Of a stretch of 64,000 nt of DNA, positions 52,595 through 64,000 are shown in pieces; positions within the stretch are counted from its first letter, which is position 1; every line of letters starts with the position of its first letter. Origin of the DNA: Lama glama. Its lineage: Eukaryota. The notes under the pieces were generated by a model. That model did not search any database, was not told the DNA's origin, and saw only the letters and a list, made by a program, of their open reading frames with translations. The stretch covers positions 22,198,001 to 22,262,000 of the forward strand of contig CM052817.1 in assembly GCA_028534125.1 (NCBI GenBank), in the 5' to 3' direction. The position numbers and the translations under genes were made by a program.

Positions 52595-55269
52595 CTTCAG
52601 CATAAACATCTTTCTGAAAGAAAGTGACAAAAAATAATATACTGTTCATTGTATTATATTCCAAATAAATTTGATATCCAATCTTAAACTATTTCCCGCT
52701 TTCTGACAGTCTTCAATCCAAATCCACTACCTTGAACCCTCCCCCAAATCACAAGCCCAAATCTTGTAACAAGATTTTACACACACACACACACAATAGG
52801 GAAGAACAAATCTGATTCTATGTTAAATCTGTTTCTTATACTCTAACTTGTATGTTTTATTGCTTTTGCTGCAAATTAATCACTAAAGGGATGCTGCCTA
52901 TAGCATAAAGTATACAAAATGGTCCATCTTAGGAATCCCTTCCCTCTTATTTTGTAGCTTTGTTAATGTTTGCTAGCTAAGTTAATGTTTTAATGGGCCT
53001 ATTTGTTATATTCATTCTTTTTACTTTTGAGTTTGATTTAGCTAACACATAATAAATACACATATAAAAATATATTCACTCAGCAGAGATTCTTCATTAA
53101 TAAACCCATTTAGAAAGTATTTATTGAATACCTGCAATTGTCAGAAACCAAACTTGATCATTGGTTTCTTAGTTCTTAGGATCAATGTAGTCTACAGAGT
53201 GAAAGTTAAAGCCATGAGAAGACCGCATGTGCTATATGATTATAACATGCATATGATAGTACATATATGCTATATAATAATGGACAACATAAAATATTAA
53301 TACACAATGCAGACTGATAACGCAAAGTATGTTGACACTTTTAAACAACTAGTCAAAAGTTATTATTTTTTAGGAATTTATGGAAAACTATACACAAACC
53401 CCCAAGCTCCTCCTTCAAAATAAGATCTATTTAGTTAATTAAAGTGAGACTTTGAAAACATACAATGTGTTCAGAAGTTTCAATCTATGGTAAAAGTACA
53501 TGCATGCAATTCATCTCATTCCTTTAATAATTGCAAATTATGAAACTAAATGATTGAGAGAATGGAGCCTTTCTTTGCTTTTTTTTTTTTCTTTTCTTTG
53601 TTTCTTTTTCCAGTGTCCATATAAGAAATCCCTTATGGTCATGAGAAATCCTTATGGAAATTCAGCTACCAATTCACAAGCTTCAATAAATGATCTGGTT
53701 TTTTTTTTTTTTTTGAAACGAAGATTTGTCCTCATGGGATAAATGGGTTTGAGATATTGTTGCTTTTATGGAAATTGCAGCCATTTTATCATGACACTTC
53801 AAAACAATATTTCTTACTGATTCGTATTTATCTTTGATTCTAAAGATCTTCTGTGTTTGTAAGTGATAGATAAGAATCTTTCCAAATTTAATCAGTGCAA
53901 TTCTCAGTAGTATATTAGATTGTAGCTTACTGCATAGTTTTGATGTATTGCCTAAGAAAAGAAAAATATATACCCTGACTTGGTTTAATATGCCTTTTCA
54001 GAAGAGCATTTGAATTGGCTAGAAACCATTTTGACATGTACTTGAAGACTATAAATGCTGCAAATGGCAGCTTTTAATCAATGTGATAAATAGCAAAGGT
54101 CTGTAAATGATATCAAATAATTTCTAAAAATGAAAACTAATTTTCCACTCCCACTGCTAGCAAATTTGTCAACCACATTTTGGTAGAACCAAAGCATCTG
54201 CTCTTTGAAGCTGTGTAAACTCTCGCAGTAAAATGATGCATTATTGTGTTTTCAGATATACATTCATCTCATTCCAAATTTGGTATGTTTATGAAGTACT
54301 AAGATTAAATTCCTGATTGAAAATTTTGTGCAGTTAGATTAAAGACAGGAGTTGTGTTGATTAAAGTTTGAGCTTTGGTATTGCTCTTTCTCCTTTTTTA
54401 AAAAAGTTCTTTCTTACTGTACTATAGGACGAGTATCTTTTCTTCTTTCTTTTCTGTCTTTTATTTCATTTTGAAATTTTTATTTTGAAAAAGCTAATAC
54501 ATGTAAAGAATATAAAACATTGAATTAGAGCATAGCAGGCAATCAGGAGTTCTTAGGTAATATTGTTATAAAGAATTGCAGTAAACATTAATGTGTTTTA
54601 ATGTTGTAATTAAAAAAATACAGTTTTTGATAACATGATATTAGCATGCTGTTTGATCAGTGCCATATTAAGCACCTACTTCATACCACGTGCCATGTAA
54701 ACCCAAGAGACTGAAGTGCACCATGGGTATACCATGAATGTAAAGGTAAATAAACTACAAATATATATCTTAAGGAATTTATTTAGTAAGGGAAATGTCT
54801 AAATTATATTTTAAATATTATTATCTTGTTTGAATTCTACGAAAGATGCCTGTAGGAAATGTTTGGAGACTGAGAGGAAGACCATTTCAGATAGGAAGAA
54901 GAATCTGAAAAAAAGATACAAAAACAAGAACATGGAAAAAAATATAAACTCTGGTATTTCTGGATATACACTGTAGAGTGTGATGGCACTTTGATAAAAA
55001 TTTATGTTGGGCCAGTCCATGCTTAAGGCCTCTTCTTTTTTTGTTTGCTTGTTTGTTTTGGGGGGTTTTTTATTGCAATGTTCTTCATCCATCTATCTTT
55101 CATGGTTCAGTTCCTGTAGATTTCTGCACATTTATCATCATTTTTGAAAGCCCTTCCCCAATCACCCTATATAACATAGAAAATCTACTGTCACCTCTTC
55201 TTACCGTAGCCTTTTATTCCCATCCTGCTTCCTTACTATAAAGGTGCTTAAAACCATTAAGCACAGTAC

Positions 55270-55645
55270 ATACCTACACATTTATTTGTTTTAATGTCTC
55301 TGTTCTTGAGCTAATGAACATTCCATTAAGGAAGCAACTTTCTTTTGTTTATTTCAATATTCCCTACTAGTACCTAGAGCAGTGCCTGGCAAATAACAAG
55401 TACTCGATACGTTTTTTTTCTTGAATTACTGATTTAACTTACTTACGTATTAATCAAAATTTAAGCATACATGCATAATTAGTTTTTAGTGGAGACTCCT
55501 TTCTATTTCTCTGGAATATTTGAATTCCCTTTTCTAGATTATAGATTCCTTTAGCACAGTTCTGTCTTGTTTACTGTTGAATCCTGAGCATGTAAATGGA
55601 ATATAATAGGTGCTTAAAATACATACAATGAAGGAATGAATCTAC
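55270..55645 (+). mobile_element. Two tandem L2 3'-end relics
   Basis: agtacctagagcagtgcctggcaaataacaagtactc and tgtcttgtttactgttgaatcc...taggtgctt...aatgaaggaatgaa. Confidence 0.6.
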
Positions 55646-55994
55646 AAGCATCATTCCAATGCCTTTGTTGTAGACTTCTCTTCATCTGAGTCTCTATTCT
55701 ATATGCCTATACTTTCTACTTGATCATTCTATTCTTTAAAGACTACTTCTCTGAGAATCCTATAAATGTTGGTGTTTTTCAAAATCACATTCTAGGTGCC
55801 TTCCTATTTCATATACTGTCCCTACATCTTTTTATCAATTTTAATTCTATGGAAATTTGTCTCAGGATTTCTTTTAAAAGCACTGATCCTTTATTTTGAT
55901 TTATAATTCATTTTGTCATATGAATTTAAGACATTTGATAAGACTTGTTAATGGAAATATGTACATTTACCATTAGAAAAAAATTATGAACCAC

Positions 55995-56970
55995 TGTGAC
56001 ATCAGCAACATGGCTGAATAGATGTTCCTCCACTGAACAACATTTTAGCATCCATTCACAGACAAAGGTACCTTTGCAGGAACTGTGGGATCCAGCAACA
56101 TACACTAGGGAATCCAGGAGGAATATTACTCACCCATGTGTCAGGTGATAGGCATAGAGACCTCAGTCCTGGCCGTGGGTGAGTAGTGCCCCATGAACCA
56201 ATTCCACACTGTCCTAGGAGCCTTTGGAAAACACTGTCTGAGACAATCACCCACAGGTGAGAGAGCTGTTGTGTTTCTAACCAAGAAGTTCCAGTACCCC
56301 ACTGGAGCCAAAAATAGAAATTTAATGAATCAGGAAGGGTAACAAATTGTTTGACTTAGCATGCATCATAAGCAACAAAAGCAGAAATAAACAAGTGGGA
56401 CTCCCTCAAACTAAAATGCTTGTTGCACAGCAAAGGAAATCATCAACAAAATGAAAAGGCAACCTACAGTACGGGAGAAAATATTTGCAAACCATATATA
56501 TGATAAGGGGTTAATATCCAAAATATACAAGAAACTCGTACAACTGAACAGCAAAACAAATAATCTAGCTTAGAAACTGGCAGAGAAACTGAATAGACGT
56601 TTTCCAAAGACTTGCAAATGGCCAAGAGATACATGAAAAGGTGCTCAACTTCACTAATTATCAGAGAAATGCAAATGAAAACCACAATGAGATATCACCT
56701 TACACTTGTTAGACTGGCTACTATCAAACGACGAGACAAAAATGTTGGCAAAGATACGGAGAAAAGGAAACACTTGTGCACTCTTACAGGAATGTAAATT
56801 TCTATAGCCACTATGGAAAACAGTATGGAGGTTCCTCAAAAAATTTAAAAATAGCACTGTCATATGCTCCAGCAATCCCACTTCTGCTATAGATGTAAAA
56901 GAAATGAAATCAGGACGTTGAAGTGATATTCGCACTCCTGTTTTCATTGTGGGGCATTGTTCCACAGCAA
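55995..56970 (+). mobile_element. LINE-1 with 5'UTR start (~55995-56369) fused to late ORF2 (~56370-56970)
   Basis: gtgacatcagcaacatggctgaatag resembles an L1M 5' terminus. The ORF2 part includes the peptide [30 protein letters not shown]. Confidence 0.75.
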
Positions 56971-58672
56971 ACAGCCTCCCCGCATGACATGTGCTGTCCA
57001 TATAGTTTTGGTTTTTACTACAAAAACCCTCAGTGTTGATTACCACATAATTTACCTGGTTCCTGAAGTACAGACCAAAAATAACCTATCTGTGAGGTTG
57101 CACAGCTGAACCTAGAGTGAGGTGGCTGCTCCCTGGGATAAATGAGAAATGCTATTCTCAGGAGGTTAATTATCGCAAATTAGGAGCTCTCAGTAGTGTG
57201 GAAGCATCAGGAAAGAAATAGTAGATTAGCACTGATACAGTCTCCTGGGCTCTGATGGGAAGCACTGCATACTGACACTAATGAAATAGTCAGAAGCAAC
57301 CATGCTTCAGATGCTTAGAATTCCAGGTTTCAGCGTATTAAGAATTCAGTCAAATAAGACTCAAAAGAGCTTTAGGATTACAATAATTGAGTGAAAGGAT
57401 GACTCTTGAATATGGGCCCCCACTTTAGGGAAATCATTCTCTCTTTTTTTAATGCATTTTTCTGAGAGTCATGTATGTATACCTAATTAGAGCTTCTGTA
57501 TTTTTACTGTTTTAAAATTAAAGTTTGATTAGAGAAGAATAATGCCTCATTTCAATGCCTATGGATATTTTATGTCTAGAACTTCTACCCAAGTCAGGGG
57601 CTTTGTGGTAGTAAAGTGTGTGTATGAAAACCGAGGCACACTGAGCCTCTCCTGTTCTCTCCCTGCGAACACTCTCCCCAGGACAAACAAAAACGAAACA
57701 AACTAAACTCACTCCACACACTGCTGTATTAGAAGTTTATTTCTGCAGTATGAATTTTGATTACCGATATTTTAAAAGCCCATGACTTTAAATGTAAAAG
57801 CTCTATTCACGTTAGATAGGCACAAATCCAAACATAAGTTATAATGAAATTGTTCATGTAAACGATTAGCAATGGAGAAACACAACCTCATTGATGGTCC
57901 TAATCTTTTTTTAAACTTTTTCTTTTCCTTTTTTTAATTAAAAAAAAAAGTTTATTGTGATTGTTCTTAAATTATGAAGTAATACATGCTTATTATAGGA
58001 CATGCAGAATGTATAGAATAGTAGCATGTAGAAAAAATATTCACCAAATATGATCATTTGTTTAAAAAAATCTAGTGCATTTTCTTCTAGTCCTTTGTCT
58101 CTTTGCAATTGCATTTATAAGGTGTATCAAATGTTGTATATTAAAAAAATGTTAACGTAACAATGTAATCTAAGCATTTTATTTTCTGAGAAATTATTTC
58201 TAAATCATAAAATGTCAACAAGTATCAGGTTAGTTAGTCCAAGAAAATTGACAGAAATCTGTATTAGGAAAGTATAAACAATTAGTAAAAGGAGATAATT
58301 GCTGTTCTATAACTTTATAAGAAATTTCAAATGAGGAGACTGAGGGTCAGTGTAAAAATTGAATTGACTGAGTCACAAGAATGAATGCACCAGAATTCTA
58401 CAGCTGCCTATGTAATCTGAAATTCTAACCCTTCTACATCAGCTCACTGCCTCACTATTCTGAGTCAGATGACACATGAACACTCCCTATTGTGGATGCT
58501 CGACTGCTTCCCGTCCTATATTAAAGATGTTATGAATCTCATTTAACATTTTCTTTTTTCATATTTCTCCTTATCATAAATTTGTAGAATTAGAACTGCT
58601 AAAGTAAAGTATATAACTTCTTTATGGTCCTTAGTTTATTGATTCGTGCTTTCTAGAAAAGTAGTGTCCATG

Positions 58673-59206
58673 TGTTAGGTAGTTAGATAAGTGGGGGCAC
58701 CGGGCAGGTAGGTGGAGGACAGGGAGGATGATCCGAAAGATGGCATTATGCCCACCTGAAGCATAAAGGGGTGCTTTACCTCTTCTGAATGAGTGCCAAC
58801 AAGAGACCAGTTAGAACCTGACAGCCACAACTACATGGTAGCAAAAAGGACTTAAAGAATTTAACTGGACATGACCTCATGTTCATTGCATTATGATTAA
58901 CATCGCAATTTAGGTTGCCCCTTTGGGTTTTTCTATATATACCATGAATAAGTACATACGCAAAGGGATTAAACATGACTAAGCACTTCAGGGACAAATC
59001 AATCAAGCGAGGGTATAAGAAAAAGGGAAGCCAAAAACCGCTGCTTTTCCTCCCTCGGATCAGCCCGCCTCCCATTCTTGGAGTTGTACTTTCCCTTTTC
59101 TAAATAAATCCTTTAAAATTTTTTGCCACACAACGCACTGTCTCCCAACTGTAAACTTGTCTTTTGGGTATGACAAGACCTGGGGTCTTTACCTTTTGAG
59201 GTAACA
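58673..59206 (+). mobile_element. Young solo ERV1-type LTR
   Basis: TGTT...AACA ends, perfect TSD CATG (58669-58672/59207-59210), TATAA at 59014-59018 and AATAAA at 59103-59108. Confidence 0.9.
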
Positions 59207-59311
59207 CATGCAACACTCCAAGTAACAACATTTTATAGAAAGAGAGGCAATTAGCTGCCCTCCCAAAGTTTTTTATTGCCTTTTTATATAGTGACTAAAT
59301 ATTTAAATGAC

Positions 59312-59590
59312 ACATGGCAGACCAGCTAAAATGTTCATTTCCCAAACTCTCTTGAACTAGATATGGCCATATGACAAGGTTCTGGCCAATGGGTTATAAG
59401 CACAAGTGATGTTTGAATCTTAGGGACAAACTTCTAAAAAGAAAGAAGCATGCTTTCCTTCCCCAATCTGCAGATTGGGGATGCTAAAGCACTGATGAGC
59501 CATCTTTAATCATTGGGCAAAGGTGAACCCTAGAGATGATAGATGAAATAGATGGAAAATTCTTGAGTTCCTGAAAGCTTCAGCTTGGGA
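59312..59590 (+). mobile_element. Old MLT1 (I/J-like) fragment
   Basis: catttccca...tggccatatgacaaggttctggccaatggg...aagtgatgt. Confidence 0.65.
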
Positions 59591-59598
59591 TACAGCGC

Positions 59599-59630
<32 letters not shown>

Positions 59631-59635
59631 CGTAT
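59599..59635 (+). repeat. (TG)11(CG)4TGCGTAT alternating purine-pyrimidine tract
   Basis: Directly visible. Confidence 0.95.
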
Positions 59636-60052
59636 CTTGTTGACCACTGTATTTTTCACTCTCTTATTGTGGTTATCTGTCTTATATAGTGCACACACAC
59701 ACAAACACATAAGCACACGCACTATTTGTTTGTTGGTTTGCTTACAATTATTTTTCTGTTTCTAATTTGTTATTATGGCAACTTGGTGATTTATCTGATT
59801 ACTAATGATTATCCAAATGCTTTTCCTTACTTGACTTTTTTTGTTTTGGAATCTAGCTTATTTACCATGTGTCTCTCAGATTTACAGCAAACAAATATTC
59901 TCTGCTCTGTGTTTTTGTTGGTAATTGTTGTTTCTTTATAGTATAATACTACATAGAAGCAAAACTAACATAAGTTGAAAATTTAAACAAATCCTATTGA
60001 ATAATGACAAACGACTTAACCTATTTCTCAGTTTTTACCATCTATATATATA

Positions 60053-60860
60053 TATAGTGGGGGCGGGGGGGTTCCAGAACTATTTGTATAGGTAGAGATA
60101 TAATAACAGGGACAAGGACTTCTCAATTTCAGGGGAATAAACAGAAGGCCGTATTTGGATTATTTAGACTTTCTCTGTCAATTGTATCAATTTGAACTTA
60201 TTAGAGACCAGTAAGTCTGATTATTATAACTGGGAAAGGCAGTCTTATGCATCCAGTCTTTCCACCCCCACCAGATGCATGAGAATGGGCTGTGGGCCTG
60301 GAGTAGTTCCTTAACCACATAAAAAGCCCATATGGCCTAAGCCAGGCTTATCACCTTGGATGGGAATATCTCTCCCTGTTTTGGGCTCAATACCATTTGA
60401 AGCCTGTATGTCATATAGCACCTGGCCAACCCCAGTATTATATCTGTCATCTTCAGGGAGGGAACAGGGTCCTTTCTACTGTAGCACAAGAAGGGTGCAT
60501 ATAGGCAAATTGCTCTGCATCAGCCACTAGGAGAGACTGGCTGTCCATGGGGGACCAACACCCACTATTGGAGCTGATCCTGATCTATTTCTTCTCTATG
60601 TAATTAAAATGTTATTCTATTGCTTGACTGCATTGTGTTCTGCTTGATGACTCTGATACCAAGATGCAGTGGGCAGAAGTGCTTGGAATTCTATTGCTGG
60701 GGCTGGCATCGTGATGCTCTTTGCTATTCTCCCACGTAGTTTGAATCCTTCCCTGGGGTTGATGACCAGGTGCAGTGTTCTACTCTCTTGGGATTGATAA
60801 CACGTGCAAGGAACTCTCTCTGATCACAGTTATTATCAATTTAGCAGTACAATTCTGACA
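60053..60860 (+). mobile_element. ERVL-type solo LTR (MER54/MER74-like)
   Basis: About 800-bp GC-richer block with cataaaaagcc (TATA-like), attaaa (poly(A)-signal-like) and a ctgaca end. Family assignment is from recall. Confidence 0.6.
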
Positions 60861-61643
60861 GAATACAGGATGATTGCTAACATCAAACACAAACATTTTG
60901 GTAGAAACTCCAAAAAAGTAGGAATAAATAGGCTTTAATCTGATTGCTTAAAATACTCAAGAAGTCTTTTGTGTTAGGCTCGTGAATGATGCCCTTGTGT
61001 GCTTTTGTCTTTGATGTTTAGATCCATGTCCACATAGCTTCTTCACATCATGTTGTGCTTCTCATATAACAAACAGCGTGCATGGTTTTATACAAACTAA
61101 TAGTTGACTACTTTTTCATTTTGGTTAGTGTAATGAACTACCTATGAATTTCTTTGGATTTTACTTCTGTAACAGTCATGTCCCTGCAAGCAAATTTTTT
61201 AAGTAAATATGCACTTCAACTTTATATGTAGAACTTAATGAAGAAAAGGCTATTAAATATTGTGCAACTAAAATTGTATAGCCTAGGATATCAATAAAAG
61301 GGAGCAATATTCTTACATAGAGACAAGAACTGAAATATTCTATTTCCGAGTCTTGGCACAAAAGTTGAAAGGATCCTCAATTCTCTAACATAGCCCAGAA
61401 TTGAGTGAGGCAACATATAACTTAGAAAACAAGTTTTACCTTACGTCATGTTAGTCTTTTTTCTGATCCATATCCCCAACTCTATGAAACCAGATTGATG
61501 TTCTGATGTATCCTAAGATAATTTATTGTAATCTATTGTGTGATCGACATAGTCCAAAATCTCAGCAAAATATAATCATTTTGTGTAATCAAAAAAAAAT
61601 TCCAACTAATTAAAAGTAAATTTAAATTATTGAAAATATTGAC

Positions 61644-61834
61644 CACTGTATATAAAAATAGATAAAAACAGATTTCTTCTGCATAGCACAGGGAACTATA
61701 TCAATATCTTGTAATAACCTTTAATGAAAAAGAATATGAAAACAAATATATATATGTATATGCATGACAGGGACATTATGCTGTATGTCAGAAATTGACA
61801 CATTGTAATTAACTATACTTCAATTGAAAAAAAT
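61644..61834 (+). mobile_element. Very short young LINE-1 3' end
   Basis: atagcacagggaactatatcaatatcttgtaataacc...gacattatgctg...actatacttcaattgaaaaaaa. Confidence 0.88.
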
Positions 61835-63629
61835 TATACATGCTTTTGCCAGATATTCTAAAGAGAATGCAACAAAATTTTTAAAAAATTCTTTCTCTTC
61901 TTGAAAATCTGCTTTTGTCATATATCACAGATACTTCTGTATAACACTCCCTCATAATTCATCAAAAGTTGACCCCATAGCATTGATCTGAATGTTTTTC
62001 TCATCTTCTGCTTTTATTTTGCCTCTCCATTTTTGTCTCCCTCTACCCATTCTCCCAAGTATCAATCACAAAACACAAAGAACCTGTCTGAGATAGAGGA
62101 AAGTAACAAACAAAAACCTCATGCTGGAGAAAAGACACAATGCTCTTTATGGAAGGGACAGATTATCTGGTCCAACTCATGTGTTAGTAAATGTCCTGAC
62201 ATACTGATTATATATATTAATGTCTATGTGCAGTGAAGTTTTGATGTTTGAGGAGACATTTTTATTCTTATTTTCTCAATTCTACCTGCATAAAGTTTAC
62301 AAATTTGAAGACTCTACTTCTTAGTTTTCATTCATTTCAATATACAACTTCTGTATATTAATCATATATTTAAGTAATTTATATATAAAATAAAATCACT
62401 TTTTAACATGTGTATTGTTACATTTAATTAATTGATAAATTTCAGATAAATTTCCTTAAAAATTTAACCCTATTTTCATATTTAATTTATCAAATTATTT
62501 TGGCCTTTCAGTGTATAATTGCAATTTAATATAGCTAAGTTTTTTCAAACATTTTAAGCACCTAAGAAAGCAGAATTACTTATTTAAAAACTAGAATCTC
62601 ACTAAGCATATAGAACAAATATGCTAACTCAGATATAAATTTAGTAGCTCAAGTGTTCAAACAACTTTAAAAAATGCACATCAGATCACACAATGGTTAA
62701 AATTGTTTGTTAATTCTCCCGAATGTCACAAATTAAAAGCATTTTCTTTCTAACAATTCCATAGCTATAAATCTATTCACACACTGAAGGGGAGTTCCAG
62801 AGCAGCCAAGATCACATGATCATAACTCAGATATAGAAAATGAGTATGAATGAAGATAATTGGTTAAATAATTACCACTGCACATAGCCTCTGGACGAAA
62901 GTGACTCAAGAACAAAAGCAACATAAAGGCCTTGGATATAATCCAAGACTGTACCAGAGAATGGTAATGTGATTTTTAATGCTTTTTTTTTCTGCCATGT
63001 AAATTAGGTTTTCCATCAACCATGCCCTTCAACTGGAACTTAGTTAATCCTTTGTTCTCCATTTCTCCAAACTTCTCCCTTCCATTGAAATAATCCATGA
63101 CTAATATAAAATATATCACTAGAGGCTCCATGGGTCTTCAGATTTTAATCTCCTTTGGGGTAAACAGTGTAATTATAACAATGAACAGAGCAAAGTTTCA
63201 GTTTCCAACTTTCTTAACCAGTTGGTTGAGTTAATGAATATGATATTCCGTGTCTTCTAATGGACAGGCTGCAATTGTTATTTACTACTTCTGAGTTACA
63301 AATAAGATATGAAAACTTATGTTTCTAACTTTAATTGCTTTTGCAATAATTCTTCAAACAATCTCTTTAAGAATAAATATGAAGTTGCAGGAATTCTGAT
63401 GCCTTCAAGTTGGAGATTTGATGAAGAACTTTCTTGCTTATTTTTTATGGCTTTCATTATTAATTACATCATGAAAGTTTGTAATTTTCTGTTTATGTAT
63501 TTTTAAGGATCAAATTTGATACAATTCTACTCACTTTTATTGTTCCCACATTTTAGAAATCTAAATAGAATATTTAAATGTTAAACATGTAAATATCACA
63601 ATTCTCTCATACATAGCCCCAGTTATCCA

Positions 63630-63881
63630 CAGAATTTAAAAGGGAAACTTAGGACATCGTGCTAAGTGAAATAACCTAGCCAGAGAAGGACAAATTCTAC
63701 TTGATTCCAGTTATATGAGGTATGTAAAATAGCCAAACTGATAGAAACAGGGAGTAGAATGGTGGTTGTCAGAGGTTGCAGGGTGAAAGAAATGGGGAAA
63801 TGTTGGTCAAAAGGTACACAGTTTCAGTTATGCAAGATGAAAACATTCTAGAGATCTGATCTACAGAACGCCTATAGTTAA
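63630..63881 (+). mobile_element. L1MA/MB-type 3'UTR fragment
   Basis: gctaagtgaaataa...agaaggacaaat...agtagaatggtggttg...gtttcagttatgcaagatgaa. Confidence 0.8.
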
Positions 63882-64000
63882 TGTTAACTAAGAATTCCAA
63901 CAGAGACTTTGTTGAAATAAAAAGGCATTTATTTGGGATTTGTTAGGACTACAGATTGGGAGACATAGATTTAAGGAGTACTTGAGTTGTGTTCCCCTCA
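63882..64000 (-). mobile_element. Probable ERV LTR 3' end, cut by window end
   Basis: TGTTAAC start directly after the L1 fragment, and antisense AATAAA (tttatt) about 45 bp inside. Confidence 0.5.

Noticed and set aside
52540..52600. Poly(A) run as the tail of a processed pseudogene
   Set aside because: No upstream poly(A) signal, coding-like sequence or TSD was found.
1..64000. CRISPR array, operon or other prokaryote-type system
   Set aside because: The sequence is mammalian and repeat-rich, with no regularly spaced repeat-spacer units and no long non-L1 ORFs.

Overview
This is AT-rich mammalian genomic DNA, most likely from a camelid (alpaca, llama or camel), based on a Vic-1-type tRNA-derived SINE at ~20133-20265. 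I find no host protein-coding gene, RNA gene or CRISPR array. The only ORFs I recognise are decayed LINE-1 ORF1/ORF2 fragments. The window is a mosaic of LINE-1s of several ages, about 20 ERV1/ERVL/MaLR LTRs (several with verifiable 4-bp TSDs), old L2/MIR relics, three DNA-transposon derivatives, microsatellites and a 500-N assembly gap. LTRs occur about equally on both strands, which fits intergenic DNA better than an intron. I cannot support a previously undescribed biological system. The best leads are regulatory: a young solo LTR with an intact CCAAT/octamer/TATA module, two repeat-free enhancer-like blocks, local CpG-rich patches, two structurally odd L1s and a few isolated exon-like signals. 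Repeat family names come from my recall of consensus sequences, not from a search, and boundaries of old elements are approximate.
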